A stretch of 64,000 bases of DNA from Phaeosaccion multiseriatum (lineage: Eukaryota; Protista; Ochrophyta, other classes), in contig OZ218960.1 of the NCBI GenBank assembly GCA_965112735.1, positions 248,001 through 312,000 on the forward strand, written 5' to 3'. Both the position numbers and the translations under genes were made by a program. Of this stretch, positions 47,460 through 60,800 are shown in pieces. The first letter of the stretch is position 1; every line of letters begins with the position of its first letter. The notes under the pieces were generated by a model. That model was not told where the DNA came from and ran no database searches. It saw nothing but the letters and a program-made list of their open reading frames with translations.

Positions 47460-50261
47460 TCAAATATACCCGGCTGCCACATCCACAGCCATTTCCATAT
47501 ACCCGCACACGTACGGCGCCACGTAGCAGGCGATGAACGGCTTGTTGGCCCGGCCACACACATTGCACCTCCACAGGGGCACCCTCACCATGACACTATC
47601 CCGGCTCTCCACGGCCTCTCGTAGAGCCTCCTTCTCCTCGTCCACATGTCCGTAGGCCTCTGCAGCCGCCGCTCGCCACTGCCCCAGCCACTCCAGCGCC
47701 GCCGTGAGGGATAGTCCCAGCTTGGAAACCAACCCCTCGGCGATGGGCGTCAGAAGCGCCGCTGCCTCCTCCTCACTCGATAGGCACAGCCTTCGGACGG
47801 TGGCCTCGTCGTTGAGACCCCGCTCGTCGAGCACGTCCTGCAGACTCGCCATGACCCTTCTGTCCAGACCGGCGAAGAGAGTACCTTCGTCCTTCTCCTC
47901 CTCCTCCTCCTCCTCCTCCTCCTCCTCCTCCTGCACCTCCTGCTGCTGCTTCGTCCTTGCTGCTACTGTTGCCGCGACTGACACAGGCGGGGCTGGAGGT
48001 GCCATCGTCTGTCCCGCTGTGGCGAAGCGAGTGGATGGTGCCGGTGCGTCTGCTGCTCTCTCTGAAGACCTAACAGCGATGCTCTCCTGCACCCTCCTGA
48101 CGGCCTTGTGCAAGTCCTGTGCAAGTACCTTGCCGTCACTCTCGCCCCCCTCTCCATCCCGCCCCTCGGCGGCCATTGTCCTCTCGGCCATGCACTGAAA
48201 TACCCGCTTGGCCAACTCGTCGCAGGTCCTGCCGTTGCCGAAGCGCGGGGCGCGAACCACTTCTTCCATCAAGGAGGACAGTGCACTCTCCGCCTCCTCT
48301 GACAGCTCCAGGCTTCCAAAGTGCCGACTGCGAAGCTTCATCCGCAGTAGGGTGCAGGCGTCCTCCACGCCAAAGTCCTCAAACAGCAGCGTGTTAGGGA
48401 AGCGAGAGGCCAATCCGGCATTCGCCTCCATGAGTCCGTCGATATCCTCCTCGTACCCGGCGAGTATGACCACCATCTTCCCCTTGAAACGCTCGTCGGT
48501 GAGGCTCTCCACAAGCTGGTCCACGACCTCCTGCAGGGGCGTGCGTGTGTGTGCGTGTGTGTGTGTGTGCGTGTGTGTGTGTGGGTGTATGTGGTGGGGA
48601 GAGCAAGCAATGTTCGAGTGGTGAATCCCTCCAGGGCGGTAGCTCGTGTACCCCAGTGCTGTACTAGCCTGCATCATCCCGCTGCTGCTGCCACTCAGGG
48701 TACCCCCTCCGTGCGAGGGGTTGAGTCCATACGCCTCGTCGATGAAGAGAACCTTGCCCAGCGCGCTCTCCATCACCTCCTTGGTCTTTAGCGCTGCCTG
48801 CCCTAGGTAACCTTTTGTACATGGCGAGCAGGGGGGCAGAGGGATGGCAGTGGATGGGTACGGTAGAGGGGCAGAGGGACAGAGGGGAAACCAACCGCGC
48901 ATATCGAACAGAAGAAGGACGAGAGAGGGTGGATGGTAGTGGATGGCGAACAAAGCACGTGAGGACGAAGGACCTAGATATCTATCTCAGCAGCAGGTAG
49001 TGATCGTGGAGCCACAGCAACAGGAATGTGGAGAAGCAGCAGCGAAAGGAACGTTTACAGCCAGGAGAGGCATATGGGTAGAAGGGCGCAGATGATGATG
49101 ATGGTCAGACAGATCACCGCCCACCGCATGCCGCCTCTTACCCGTGATGAGGCTGGAGGGGCTGACTTGCACCACATCGTCGCTGGAGAGCACCCCCAGC
49201 CGCTTGAACATCTTGCCCATTCGACGAGCCACAGTGGTCTTGCCTGAGCCATGAGTCGAAGCAGGAGGGAGGGGGGCAGGAGGAGGAGGAGGAGGAGGAG
49301 GAGGAGGGGAAGGACGAGGAGTGAAGTGCAGCCCGTGATACGAACAGGGTTGAATGACGAGGCTCCTGCGTGTTATGTGCGGGCGTGCACTTTTGTTTTC
49401 GAAGGAACCTTTGCCCTCATCCGTACCTGTACCGGGGGACCCGACAAACTTGAAATTCAAGCTCATCATCTGAAGGAGGGTTGAGGTCAGAGGTCAGAAG
49501 AAGCAGGCCCAGGGGTGGGGGGCAACAGAGGGTACCAGAAAGACTCGGTCAGGCAGGTATAAAGCATAGGAGCAAACTGGCAGGAGGGAGGGAGGGAGGG
49601 AGGGAGGGACAGGAGGGAGGGAGGGAGGGAGGGAGGGAGGGAGGGAGGGAGGGAGGGACAGGAGGGAGGGAGGGAGGGAGGGAGGGAGGGAAGGGAGGGA
49701 GGGAGGGAGGGAGGGAGGGAGGGAGGGAGGGAGGGACAGGAGGGAGGGAGGGAGGGAGGGAGGGAGGGAGGGAGGGAGGGAGGGACAGGAGGGAGGGAGG
49801 GAGGGAGGGAGGGAGGGAGGGAGGGAGGGAGGGAGGGAGGGAGGGAGGGAGGGAGGGAGGGAGGGAGGGAGGGAGGGAGGGAGGGAGGGAGGGAGGGAGG
49901 GAGGGAGGGAGGGAGGGAGGGAGGGAGGGAGGGAGGGAGGGAGGGAGGGAGAGAGGGAGGGAGGGAGGGAGAGAGGGAGAGAGAGAGAGGGAGGAGAGGG
50001 GAGAGAACGAAGGAGGAAGCCGATACGCACCTCCAGGGGGTTGATGCCGCGCCTCTCTGCGAACTTGAAGGTGCTCTGAAGCTCCGTGAGTGTCTTGATG
50101 ACGGCCGCACAGCCGATCAGCCCTTCGAACAGCTCTGTCTGGAGCCCGCTGCCCCCCCCCGTCTCGTCGCCCCACTCAGGGTCGAAGTCGATGGGAAGCA
50201 GTTCCGCATCGAGTCGCTCGCTGCCGGAGGTGGTGCGGCGCAGTTCCTATTCGCACGTCGC

Positions 50262-50303
<42 letters not shown>

Positions 50304-53221
50304 AGGTTAGGGCAGGAAGGAAGGACGATCGACCGTTGCAGAGCGGCAGGGCAGGACTGACTCTCTCTCTCTCTCTCTCACTCACCTTCCTCCTCATGGC
50401 CTCACTCAAGAGATTGTCCACCTCCCCGCCGTTCCCAAAGTGCTTGGAGGTGTCCCTGCGCTTTGCCAACACGGCTGCCGCAGCGAGACGAGCATCCAGT
50501 GAGGCGGTCAGCCCCTTCTTGGCCTGGGAAGGCGGGAGGGGAGGGGGAGGGAGGATAGGCAGGAGGGGAGCAGGAGGGAGGCAGAGCGACGTGAGTCATG
50601 ATATGCTGGTGCAGAGTGGCCGTCTCGATGGGAAAGCGACCCTTTCGCGACCTTTCTACCGCAGTGGGAGGGCAAAGTGGTGAGCAAGCCAGAAGAAGAG
50701 AGAAGGGTCCGGACTTACCATCTTGGCGGCCAGGATCCTGAGCAGCTGCTCGTCGGTGAAATTATCAAACACAAAGGCGTCGTTCAGGCCAAAGCGCCGG
50801 GCTGGGGAGGAGAGGGAGAGGGAGGGGAGGGGAGGGGAGGGGAGGGGAGGGGAGGGGAGGGGAGGGGAGGGGAGGGGAGGGGAGGGGAGGGGAGGGGAGA
50901 GGAGGGGTCAGTTGGCACAGAGACAGAGATAGAGCCAATGTAGCCCAAATTAAAGCGTGAGTTAGGCATTGAGACGTAGGGCCTGGCACCTAATGGCGAG
51001 TCCACTCATGAGTCCACTCATGCAATACCCCTTGCTGCAAGTCGCCTCTCGTCCTGTCCGCAAGAACGCCGTCACCTACCGAGGCCTGGGTTTGAGTTGC
51101 GAAGCATCTCGTCCATCTCCTCCCTGTACCCGAGCATGCACACGGCACGGTCCTCTCCAGGAACGTTCTGCACTTGCTCCACGATGGTGTCCAGCACGCC
51201 CTTGCGGTACACATCTCCAGTCTTCGAGTACAGCCCGTAGGCCTCGTCTGAAGGGGAGGGGGGGAGGCAAACAGAACCACGCACGCACGCACGCACGCAC
51301 TGTCAGAGCACGTCCAGCAAATGGACGAGAGGAGGAGCAAGCAAGCAATACGAAGGCGCTCAGGCCACCCTCCTTCCACAAGGGGGAGAAAGTAAGGGCC
51401 GACGACGAACGAAGGGATTGAGATGAGACGGCCTCTCTGTCTGTCTGTTTGGCAAAGCAACGCAACGCAATGCAACGCAACGCAACGCAAAGTAATGTAA
51501 CACAAAGTAATGTAACGACGCACCGATGACGAGGACGCACCCCTCCGCCTGTTTGAGGATGGAGCGCGTGGTCGTTTCGGAGGCGCCCATTACGTCCCCC
51601 ACGAAGTCGCTCGCCATCTTCATCACCAACTCTCCCTTGCTGAGGAGCCCAAGCTCGCACAGCACCTCCCCGTACAACTTCGCGAAGGTGGTCTTGCCTG
51701 TGCCTGACAAGGTCAGGGTCAGGGACAGAGACAGACACCGTGACAGCATCGTCCGTGGGTGCATTGTTGGGAGTGTTTGTGTGTGTATTGAGTGTTGTGC
51801 GAGGCGGCCGTACGAGAGGGGCAAAAGGCAGCGCCGAGCGATGCGTGAGAGTGCAGTGGTGGAGAAGGGTAGGAGGGAAGGAGGGCGCGGGAGGCCTTCC
51901 TTGTGGGTAAGGTCTTGCCACGCGGAGCAAGCTCATCCATCTACCCACCATCCATCTACCCACCCTCCTTTCCCCTCACCCACCCGACTCCGTCCATCCT
52001 GCCGTTCCAAGTTCCAAAGTCATTTGGCGATTGGCGACTGGGCATAATTCACCCATCCATTATTGACATACTACACCCACCCCCTTCCTGCCTTTCCACG
52101 TACCCGGATTGCCGAGCATCAAGCGATTGAGCGACACCTGCCTCAGGGGTTTCTGCTCCAGCTCCAGCGCCAAGTTGGTCTTGACAAGCTCCGCGATGCC
52201 CTGCATGGCTTGCTTCACCCCGGCCAGTCCCTCCAGGCTCTGCAGCTTTCGCCAGGCGGGTATGGCATTGAGGTCATCGACCTTGGGCTGCCCCAGGAGG
52301 TCCTCCTTGGTGAGCTCGAACTTGTTGGCGGAGGGGTGTCGAACGAGTCGGTCTGTCTGACGCTGCTGGATGTGGTCGAAGAGGACCCGCACTGCCCGAG
52401 CGTTGCCAAAGCCTCTGGTGCCTGGTGTCGGGAGGCAGAGGAAGAGGTGAGGAGCATGGAGGTCGGTCGTGGTATGGAAGGTGGTGTGGGAGGAGAGAAG
52501 AAAGATTTGATAGAGGCCGTTGCTCATAACACACAGAGCAAGTGGAGAGGGCTGTCCGTCCCTGCCCCGCGCCGCTGTGCGTGACAACAAACAAAGTCGT
52601 GCAGCATCGTTCACCCCTTCCGTGGTGCGTGGTGTGGTGTTTGCCCCCCCCACCGTTTGACTCTTCTCACCCACCTCTGAGCCTTCCCAAGCGTGCGATG
52701 GCGACCTCTGCCCACTTGGGGTCTTCATCGGCGAAGAAGAAGCTGCTCTCCGCCTGCCATCATCACGCACGCACACACGACCCCACTCAGTGAGAGCCAG
52801 GTACATTCATCAAGAGCCAGTGAGAGCACGTGAGAGCAAGTGAGAGCCAGTGAAAGCCGGTGCAGCCAAAGCCAAGCCAAGTGAGGAGGAAGCAATAGTG
52901 GTAGTGTGGCAAGGGAAAAGTAGGTACGCACGCACATCACATCGTACCTGCTTCTTGCTCATGAGGCCGCGTAGGATGCCGAGCAGGATGTCGTCCGAAT
53001 AGTCAGCAAAGACGAGGGTCTGCGGGAAGCGGGAGGGTAGCCCCTCGTTGAACTCGAACAGCTTCTCCATGTCCTTGTGATAGCCGGCCAGCGCCACTAC
53101 CAGCGAGTCGCGCTTGTTCTCCACCTCGCCCAGCAGGAAGTTCAGCACCTGATCAAGTGAAGGTTCCATTGGCTGATTGAAGACAAGCATCTTTCATGGG
53201 CGGGCCGCACTGGAGGAGGAG

Positions 53222-53265
<44 letters not shown>

Positions 53266-54759
53266 GCTTCCCTCCCCCCATTCCAGAGCTCTTGTCCGGC
53301 GTGAGCTGGTACGCCTCGTCGATGAACAGGAGCCCTCCTTCCTCCAACTCTTCCAACTTCTTCTTGAGGAGCCCCACTCCCCCATCCACAAGGTCGGCGC
53401 CTGTCGTCTCCACCACCTTGGGCTGGGGCAGGGGAAGGGCGGGCTTGCTCTTGGACGGCGCGGGGGTTGCAGCTGCGGCAGAAGCGTGCGGGGCGGTGCT
53501 CGACGGGTATCCTCCTTGTTGGTAGCCGAAGGATGCCCCGGTTCCCATGGCAGACTGCAGCTGCGCGTTCACCATCGCCTCTGCTTTCTTCCGCTTGTCC
53601 TCGGCCTCCTTGGCCTTTTCTTCCGCCTCTTTTTGCTCCTTTGTCTGCTGCCTCTTGCGGGCCTCGTCAAATACACCAAGCTCGCCGAGCAGCCGGGCAT
53701 AGAGCCGGGCCACAGTGGTCTTTCCTGGAGAAGTCAATGCGGCGGTGAGGGAGGGACGAAGTGTGTCTCGCTGAGAAAACAACAGCATGCACGGGAGTGA
53801 AACGGCAAGGCGGAAGGGGAAGGCCTGCAGCGGGCAGGCAGGGCAGGCAGGGCAGGCAGGGCAGGCAGGGCAGGCACAAAGGCACCAAGCACACCCCACG
53901 ACCGTTTCGGTCCTTGGGTCTTCCTGCCCATGTGCTTGCCTGTCCCGGGGTTGCCCTCCAGACGGACGTTGTAGGACCGCTCGCTGAGCTTCATGCCTCG
54001 CGCTTTGTCGAGCACCACTCCTTGGGCGATGTTGAGGAATCGCGCCTTGATGCTGAGGGGCAGTTGGTGATACGGCGACAGTTGAAAACATGGTGAGTAA
54101 AGCGCGCCTACCCCCTTCCCTCCCTCTCCCTCTCCCTCTCCCTCCTTACCTGTCCATGCCCGACATGGCAAGAAGCTTGTCCATAGCAGGGCTCTCCACC
54201 CCCTCGGCCGTCTGGAGGCGACTCCGCTGCGCGTCAAGGAGGCTGCTCTCCGGCCCCTCCCCGTCGCCGCCGCCGCCGCCGCCGTCGCCACCTCCACCTC
54301 GACCACCACTTCCAGAACGAGGCCCGCTTGCTACCCCCCCCCTCCCCTCGTCTCCACCTTCTCCTTGGGCGACAAGTGCCTCCCCCAGGCTGCTGCCGAA
54401 TCGCTTAAAGACATCCTCGGCCTCTGTCTTCCACATCATCACCTCCCCGTCGAGCTCCTGCCCTCTGCCCCCGAGTAGCGAGGCAAGCGCAAAGGCGGCG
54501 GCCTGTAGTTGAACGGGAAGGACCAAACAACCACCACACAGACACATACACACATACACACACACACAAAAACACACGCACGCACACACATACACACACA
54601 AGGGATTCGGTACGTTACGCACGGGCGAATAGCATGGATGGGATGGGCCTGCTCCTCGCCTTCGCCTCCACGACCACACGCATGGAACCAATTAAGTAAT
54701 ATATTGCGAATAGCATGGATGGGCCTGCTCCTCGCCTTCGCCTCCACGACCACACGCAT

Positions 54760-54830
<71 letters not shown>

Positions 54831-57800
54831 CAATTCTATTAATGTAAAATGCATAACAGAAATAGAATCAATGTGGTGGGCATATACCACAACCCACCTG
54901 CTCGTGCTGGCCAGCGCTGGTGAGGAGGGAGCAGTACGTCCAGTCCCTCAGCTCACGGGCACCGCGGGACTGAACCGGCGAGAGAGAGGGAGGGGAGAGA
55001 GGGAAGAGCGGGCCCAGACAGAAGGAGGGAGTGGGGAGCCAACCCAGAGAGTGATCCGACCCGATAAGCACGTCAGCGTGGAGAGAGGAAGAAGAGGGGC
55101 CCGGGAACCTTGACCGACGCCAGTTTCAGAAAACCCGAGCCGCACAACAGATCAGCACCCGCCCCTTCCCCTCCTCTTCGCTACTACTAGCTAGCTTACC
55201 CAGCCACGCATCAACTCTTTACTGTAAAAGGCCGTTGCTGCGCTCCGCTCACCTTGAGTCTCTTCGGACGGTTCCCCCCCCCCCCACCGAAGTCATCGGC
55301 TGACGTAAGGCGAGAGAGGAGCGCCTTAGCCTCCGCCCCTCCCCCTCCCCCGCCCATGACCAACGACTCCGTGAGACAAGTTGCGTAGAGAAGGACCGCT
55401 GCCTCTTCCCTCCCCTTCTCCTCTCCTCCTCCTCGTCCTCCGCCTCCTGCTCCCTTCGATGGCGGAGCATCCCCCGCGCCTTCACCTTCCTCCTTCTTGC
55501 CGCCGCCGGATACGGAGTAAGTCATTGAGGCGTCTCTCTTGCGTGCATAGGCGTCGAGAAGCTTGTGGGCGTTGATCCACTCCCCCTTGGGCAGAAGTGT
55601 AACGGCACTCACAAGGGCCATGTCGAGCCCCGCCCACACCGCGCTGCCTCCTCCTCCTCCTCCTCCTCCTCCTCCTCCTGCCTTGGCCTTGGAAGATGAA
55701 GAGGACTTGTTGCCTTTGCCTCTTGCCTCCGGCTGCGAAGAGGGGAGGAGCGGCAAGTGATATGCCTCAGCGTCTGCCTGCTGCCCTTACGCCTCTATCT
55801 ACCCATAAGCCTATCCCTGCCCGCCTCTATCCTGTCTGCCTGTCCACACACCATCCCATGTGTTCTCGTTCCGTCCATATAGGCCTCCCTCTCCTCCCCT
55901 CCCCTCCCGCGGCCCCTGCTGCCCCTGCGGCCCCTGCTGCCCCCCACTCACCTCCGGGAACCAAGAGGCCGCTCCCTCCCCCACCGCCTCACAGAGCACC
56001 TCGGCAAGGGCTTTTCTCTGCTCGAGAGGCACCGCCGCCAGAGTGCTCTCCACCCGTCCGACGTCCGCCGCCGTCACAGCCGCAGACAGGTTGGTGAGAA
56101 GAGACACGAGCACATCATCTTGGAAGGAGGCGGCGTAGGCTTTGCCTTTAAGGGAAGGACATTTCGAGCCTCCCCCTCCCACTCCTTTGCCTCCTTTGGC
56201 TCCTCCTCCTCCTCCTCCTTCTCCTCCTCCTCCTCCTTTGCCTCGAGTACCGCCGTTGCGGTTGGTTTCCTTCGCCTTCTTTCCTTCTGCCGAAGGGCAA
56301 TGGAGGGGTGAAGCAAACGCGTTGAGTACAGAACGGGGAGTGAGGAGTGGATGTACAGCAGGGAGGGAAGCCAGTGGTGATAGTGATACAGTACAGTAGC
56401 GCTATGAACGAGCGAGCTGCCCTAACAACTGACAGCGACCAGAGATTCCACAGCTTCGAAGTACTGTGGGTAGCTATGAGCTGCACGCGTCTCATCTCCA
56501 AATCACCTGGTTGCTTCGTGAGAGCCAATGGCTGGGCTTCTGTCTTTCTCTTCGGTCCTGCCTGCTGCTCCTCTTCCCCCTGCTGCTGCTGCTGCTGTAT
56601 CACCAACTGCTGCTGCTGGCTCTCCGAATCCAAGGCACCATGTGCGGCAACTCCGAGCTCAACCTCGTGCTGCATCCTCTCCTGGGCCTGCTTAGCAAGC
56701 TCCCGACTCTGCTCCAGGGCAGCCTCTCTGATGGTGGAGGACGGAGTGTTTAGGGTGTTTGGGTGGGCATGCAGCGTGTCAGCCACAGAGCCACGGCAGA
56801 GGGTGGCTTCTGCTTTCTGGGTCACTGCCAGTCAAGCCGGTTCGAAGTTTCAGCTCAGAGAGACCGGTACCAGCCATTGGTTGAGCTGCAAGAAGTTGAC
56901 ACTGAAACGCAACCATACCTGGCCCTCTCCAGGCGCTCTTGCTGCATCGCGTCGGCCTCTTCCTGCGCTGCGCTCGCCTTCGCCCTGCCCAGGGAGAGCA
57001 AGGAGAGGGATTAAAGTGTCAAAGAAGGACGTGAAGGAGAGAGAGGAGAGGGAGTAAAGTAACAAGGAGGGAACTCCTTCCCCTCTCTCTGTCTGGCTTC
57101 TACTCCCCTCTCCCCTCTCCCCTCTCACCTCCTCTCCTCCTCGTCGATCTCTGCCTGTCGGATGTCCCTCTCCATCATGAGCATGTCGTTGGCATGCTTG
57201 AGCTCCTTGAGTTGGAAAGCGGCCTTCGCTCGGGCCTCGGTCAGCCTCGCCGCCAGCTCCGTCTGCGCAGACCAGCCCAATCATACAGGCCATCAAGCAA
57301 TGAGAGGTGTCCGTCAGGACCATGCGGTAATAGGTGTCAGGCAACGCGGTTCAGTCAAGCTATGGGAGCGGGTCGTACGAGGACGAAGGACTTCCCTCCC
57401 TTGCCCGTCCTCTTCCCTTCCCCTTCCCTCTCTCTCTCGAAACAGCCGCCGCATGCCCAGCCTGACTGATGAAGAGGGCTCAAAGCATCACAGGCAACAG
57501 CGAAAGAGAGAGAGAAAGGTGCCCCACTTCAGCCCGTACCTTCTCTCTCTGAAGACGGGCAGCCTCGGCCGCTGCGGCTCGCTCCCTTGCTATGCATATC
57601 ACGCACTTGTCGGGCTCCGGCTCGTGGCAAGGCCGCTTGTAACTGTGGGATTGGTGTGATTAGTTTGTTGCATGTTGATGTCTTATCGGTTTGTTGCATG
57701 TTGGTGTCAAAGTGTTGATAGTGACGAATGTTAAGTGCTGCTTTCACTCAGTAAGTGAGCCAAATTGTAATAAGAGGGAGCGGCACAAAGTACACACACA

Positions 57801-60800
57801 CAGCCAAGTGGCGAAGAGAACACGTGGAAGAGTTGGTGGTACGGTTGAGCAAAGGCGGAGAACATGATCATGTGTGGTCACTGAAGCGTCAGAGTATTCA
57901 GACTCTTGAGCTTTTCTGCGGTGGAAGGAGCACCACTTGAGGGCATGGCAGCCAAAGCCATACACTTACAGATGCGCTTGGCCTACATCACGCCACGGTC
58001 ACCCATGGAGGATGCCCTGCAAGCAACCCACTCCACCACTCGCTACTTTCGTACGTACTTACGTATGCAGCTCCTTGGGGCATGTCCACTCCACGACTCT
58101 CTCGCACTTGACTTGCGAATGCTCGATGCGGGGATGGCACTTCAAGGGGCACACGTGACCGCACGCCTCCAACACCGCCCCGCAGTCCAAACTACACCCA
58201 CCATTCGGGGCCAGCTCCAGAAAGGCCTCAGGGGTGCTCAAGGTCATGTGTGTGTTTCCGTGGCGCTCGCAGGCGACGGGTAGACCGGGGTAGATGTGCC
58301 CTCCCTTCTGCAGAAGGGCTTGAAGCTTGCTGAAGAGAGTACGGTCGGCGGGCTTGCGCGACCTGTGGAGAGGGAGGAGGAGGAGAAAGAGAGGAAGATG
58401 GAGAGGGAGGTGGAGAGAGGGGATGGGGAAGGGCGGGTGCGTTTGTGGGTGTGTGTGAGTGTGTGAGTGTGCTTGTGAGCGTGTGGCGTGTGTGTATGTG
58501 CGCGCGTGTTTGCGTGTGTTGTGTTTGTTAGCTTTTGTGTGGCGGCGTATGTTTGTGTGTGTGTGTTTGTGTGTGTGCGTGTGTGTGTGTGTGTGTGCAT
58601 GCAGTCGAAGTGAGCTACATCCCACCCAAGCTCTCTCGGACTCGCATCCCGTGAGTCACCTTACACCCCATACCGTACTTCTATATATTAAACTAGCCTA
58701 CCCGATGAGGTGCTCCAGATCGGCGAATATGATCATTGCCGCCCTAGCTCGAGACATGGTCACGTTCAAACGGTTGGGGTCGCCGACAAAGCCCACCTTA
58801 TCCATAGAGAGGCACAAAGGAGCGCAGCCCGAGGAGTGGAGGAGGGGAGGGAGGATGCAGGTGTAAGGATTCTTCCTCTCTTCCTCTTGTTTCTCTCTTC
58901 TTCTTGTGCTCACCTCCTTGTTGCCGTTACTCCTCACAAGCGAGACGATGACAATGTCGCTCTCTTCCCCCTGGTAGTTGTCCACCGTGGACACGCGAAC
59001 GGCCGACGCTCCTCCCCCCCCTCCTCCTCCACCACCAGTGGTGGTACGGGCGACTCCGTTGGTCTGCTCAAACGCTGCGAGCTCGGCATTGTCCTGCGCG
59101 GAGATGTCAGCTATGAAGTCTGCCGCCGTGATCTTCTCTCGGAGCTCTCGGAGCTGGGCCAGGTAAGGCGTCAGCACCACCATGTCCGTCGTGGCGTAGC
59201 CCTTTTGAACATGGGGGGCGGTTTGGGTTGTTGGGTGGGTGGATGGGTGGGTACGATTGTGCGTGGGTGAGTGAGATTGAGAGGCCGCTCCCTCCCTTAC
59301 TCCCTCACTCCCTCACTCCTTACTCCCTCGTCCCCTCACTCCCTCACCCCCTCACCTGCTGGGCGAGGTAACGCACTGTCGACACCGCCATGTTGACCTG
59401 CGAGGGGAAAGAGGAGAGGCACAGATGGGGCAGCGAAGAGACGCGCCCTCGCGTTACTGGGCAGAATACGTAAGCAGTGCTTGAGTAGGCACTGCGTGAG
59501 TAGGCCCGGCTTGGCAGAGGCCGTGAATCGACACCCCTTCTCGTGTAGTGCTAGACTGAGACGGACGACATTGACGCCGCTCGCGTGGCCGGAAACCCTC
59601 ACTACCTCAGCGCTGACAAACAACCACGGCAACGACGAGGAGGAGCCACACACGCCTCGCACTCAGAGTCCCCACCCCTCACCCTCCAAGGGAAGGCCAA
59701 CAAACTGAAGCCCGCACTAACCTCGAAGTCGTTGATCTTCGAGGCCGATCCTCCGTCCCCTCTCTGGGCTAGGGAGGTGCTGCTCGCCTCGCTATGCCGG
59801 TGATCCACCACCACCACCCGGTCTAACAGCCCCCGAAGGGAGGGGCGCTCCAGCGTCTCGGGGGCATCCAGCAACTGGGGAGGAGGCGGAGAGGGAAAAG
59901 GGGAAGAAGGTTTTAACAACCGAAAGAGGGCAGCGAGGCACTGAGGGTGGGTGCTACCTACAGTACAAGGTGTCTACTTGTAGAGAGGCAGGATGGGGCC
60001 TTCTATCTTGTCTGAGCAAGCAAGCAAGAGTAGTCGGAGAAGTGCTCAGGGGCAGTGCGTTCGAAGCAAGGAACGGGGGGGGGGGGGGGCGATTCAACCA
60101 CCCATCATCGCCTCAATTGAGCTCCTTCCCCTTCCCCTCCTCCTCCCCCTCCCTCCTCCCTCCTCCCTCCTCCGCCTCGCTTGAAGGCCTCCGCACTTTT
60201 GGATACGTCATCTCTCGGACGAGGGCGGAAATGACTGGAGGCATGCGGTGCTGCTTGGAGAGGGTGACGTGCGGGTAGCCCGCGTTGACGAGGCGCTCGA
60301 AGAGAGACACGTTGAGGTTGTAGCCGTTGCTGCTCTCCACCCTCAGGTGGTACTGCTCGGTCTTCGGCCTACCAGGATCATATAGGTAGTGACGTGGTGA
60401 GGCAGTGAGGTAGTGAGGCAGTGAGGCAGTGGGGCAGCGAGGCAGTGAGGTAGTGAGGCAGTGAGGCAGTGGGGCAGTGGGGCAGTGAGGCAGTGAGGCA
60501 GTGAGGCAGCGAGGCAGTGAGGCAGTGAGGCAGCGAGGCAGTGAGGCAGCGAGGCAGTGAGGCAGCGAGGCAGTGAGGCAGTGAGGCAGCGTGGCAGTGA
60601 GGCAGTGAGGCAGTGAGGCAGTGAGGCAGCGTGGCAGTGAGGCAGTGAGGCAGTGAGGCAGCGAGGCAGTGAGGCAGTGAGGCAGTGAGGCAGTGAGGCA
60701 GTGAGGCAGTGAGGCAGTGAGGCAGCGAGGCAGTGAGGCAGTGAGGCAGTGAGGCAGTGAGGCAGTGAGGCAGTGAGGCAGCGAGGCAGTGAGGCAGTGA

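Noticed and set aside
47460-54200. Stand-alone CbbX Rubisco activase or SpoVK genes
   Set aside because: The three AAA+ modules are spliced in frame with each other and appear continuous with the upstream helicase. No separate starts or targeting peptides were seen.
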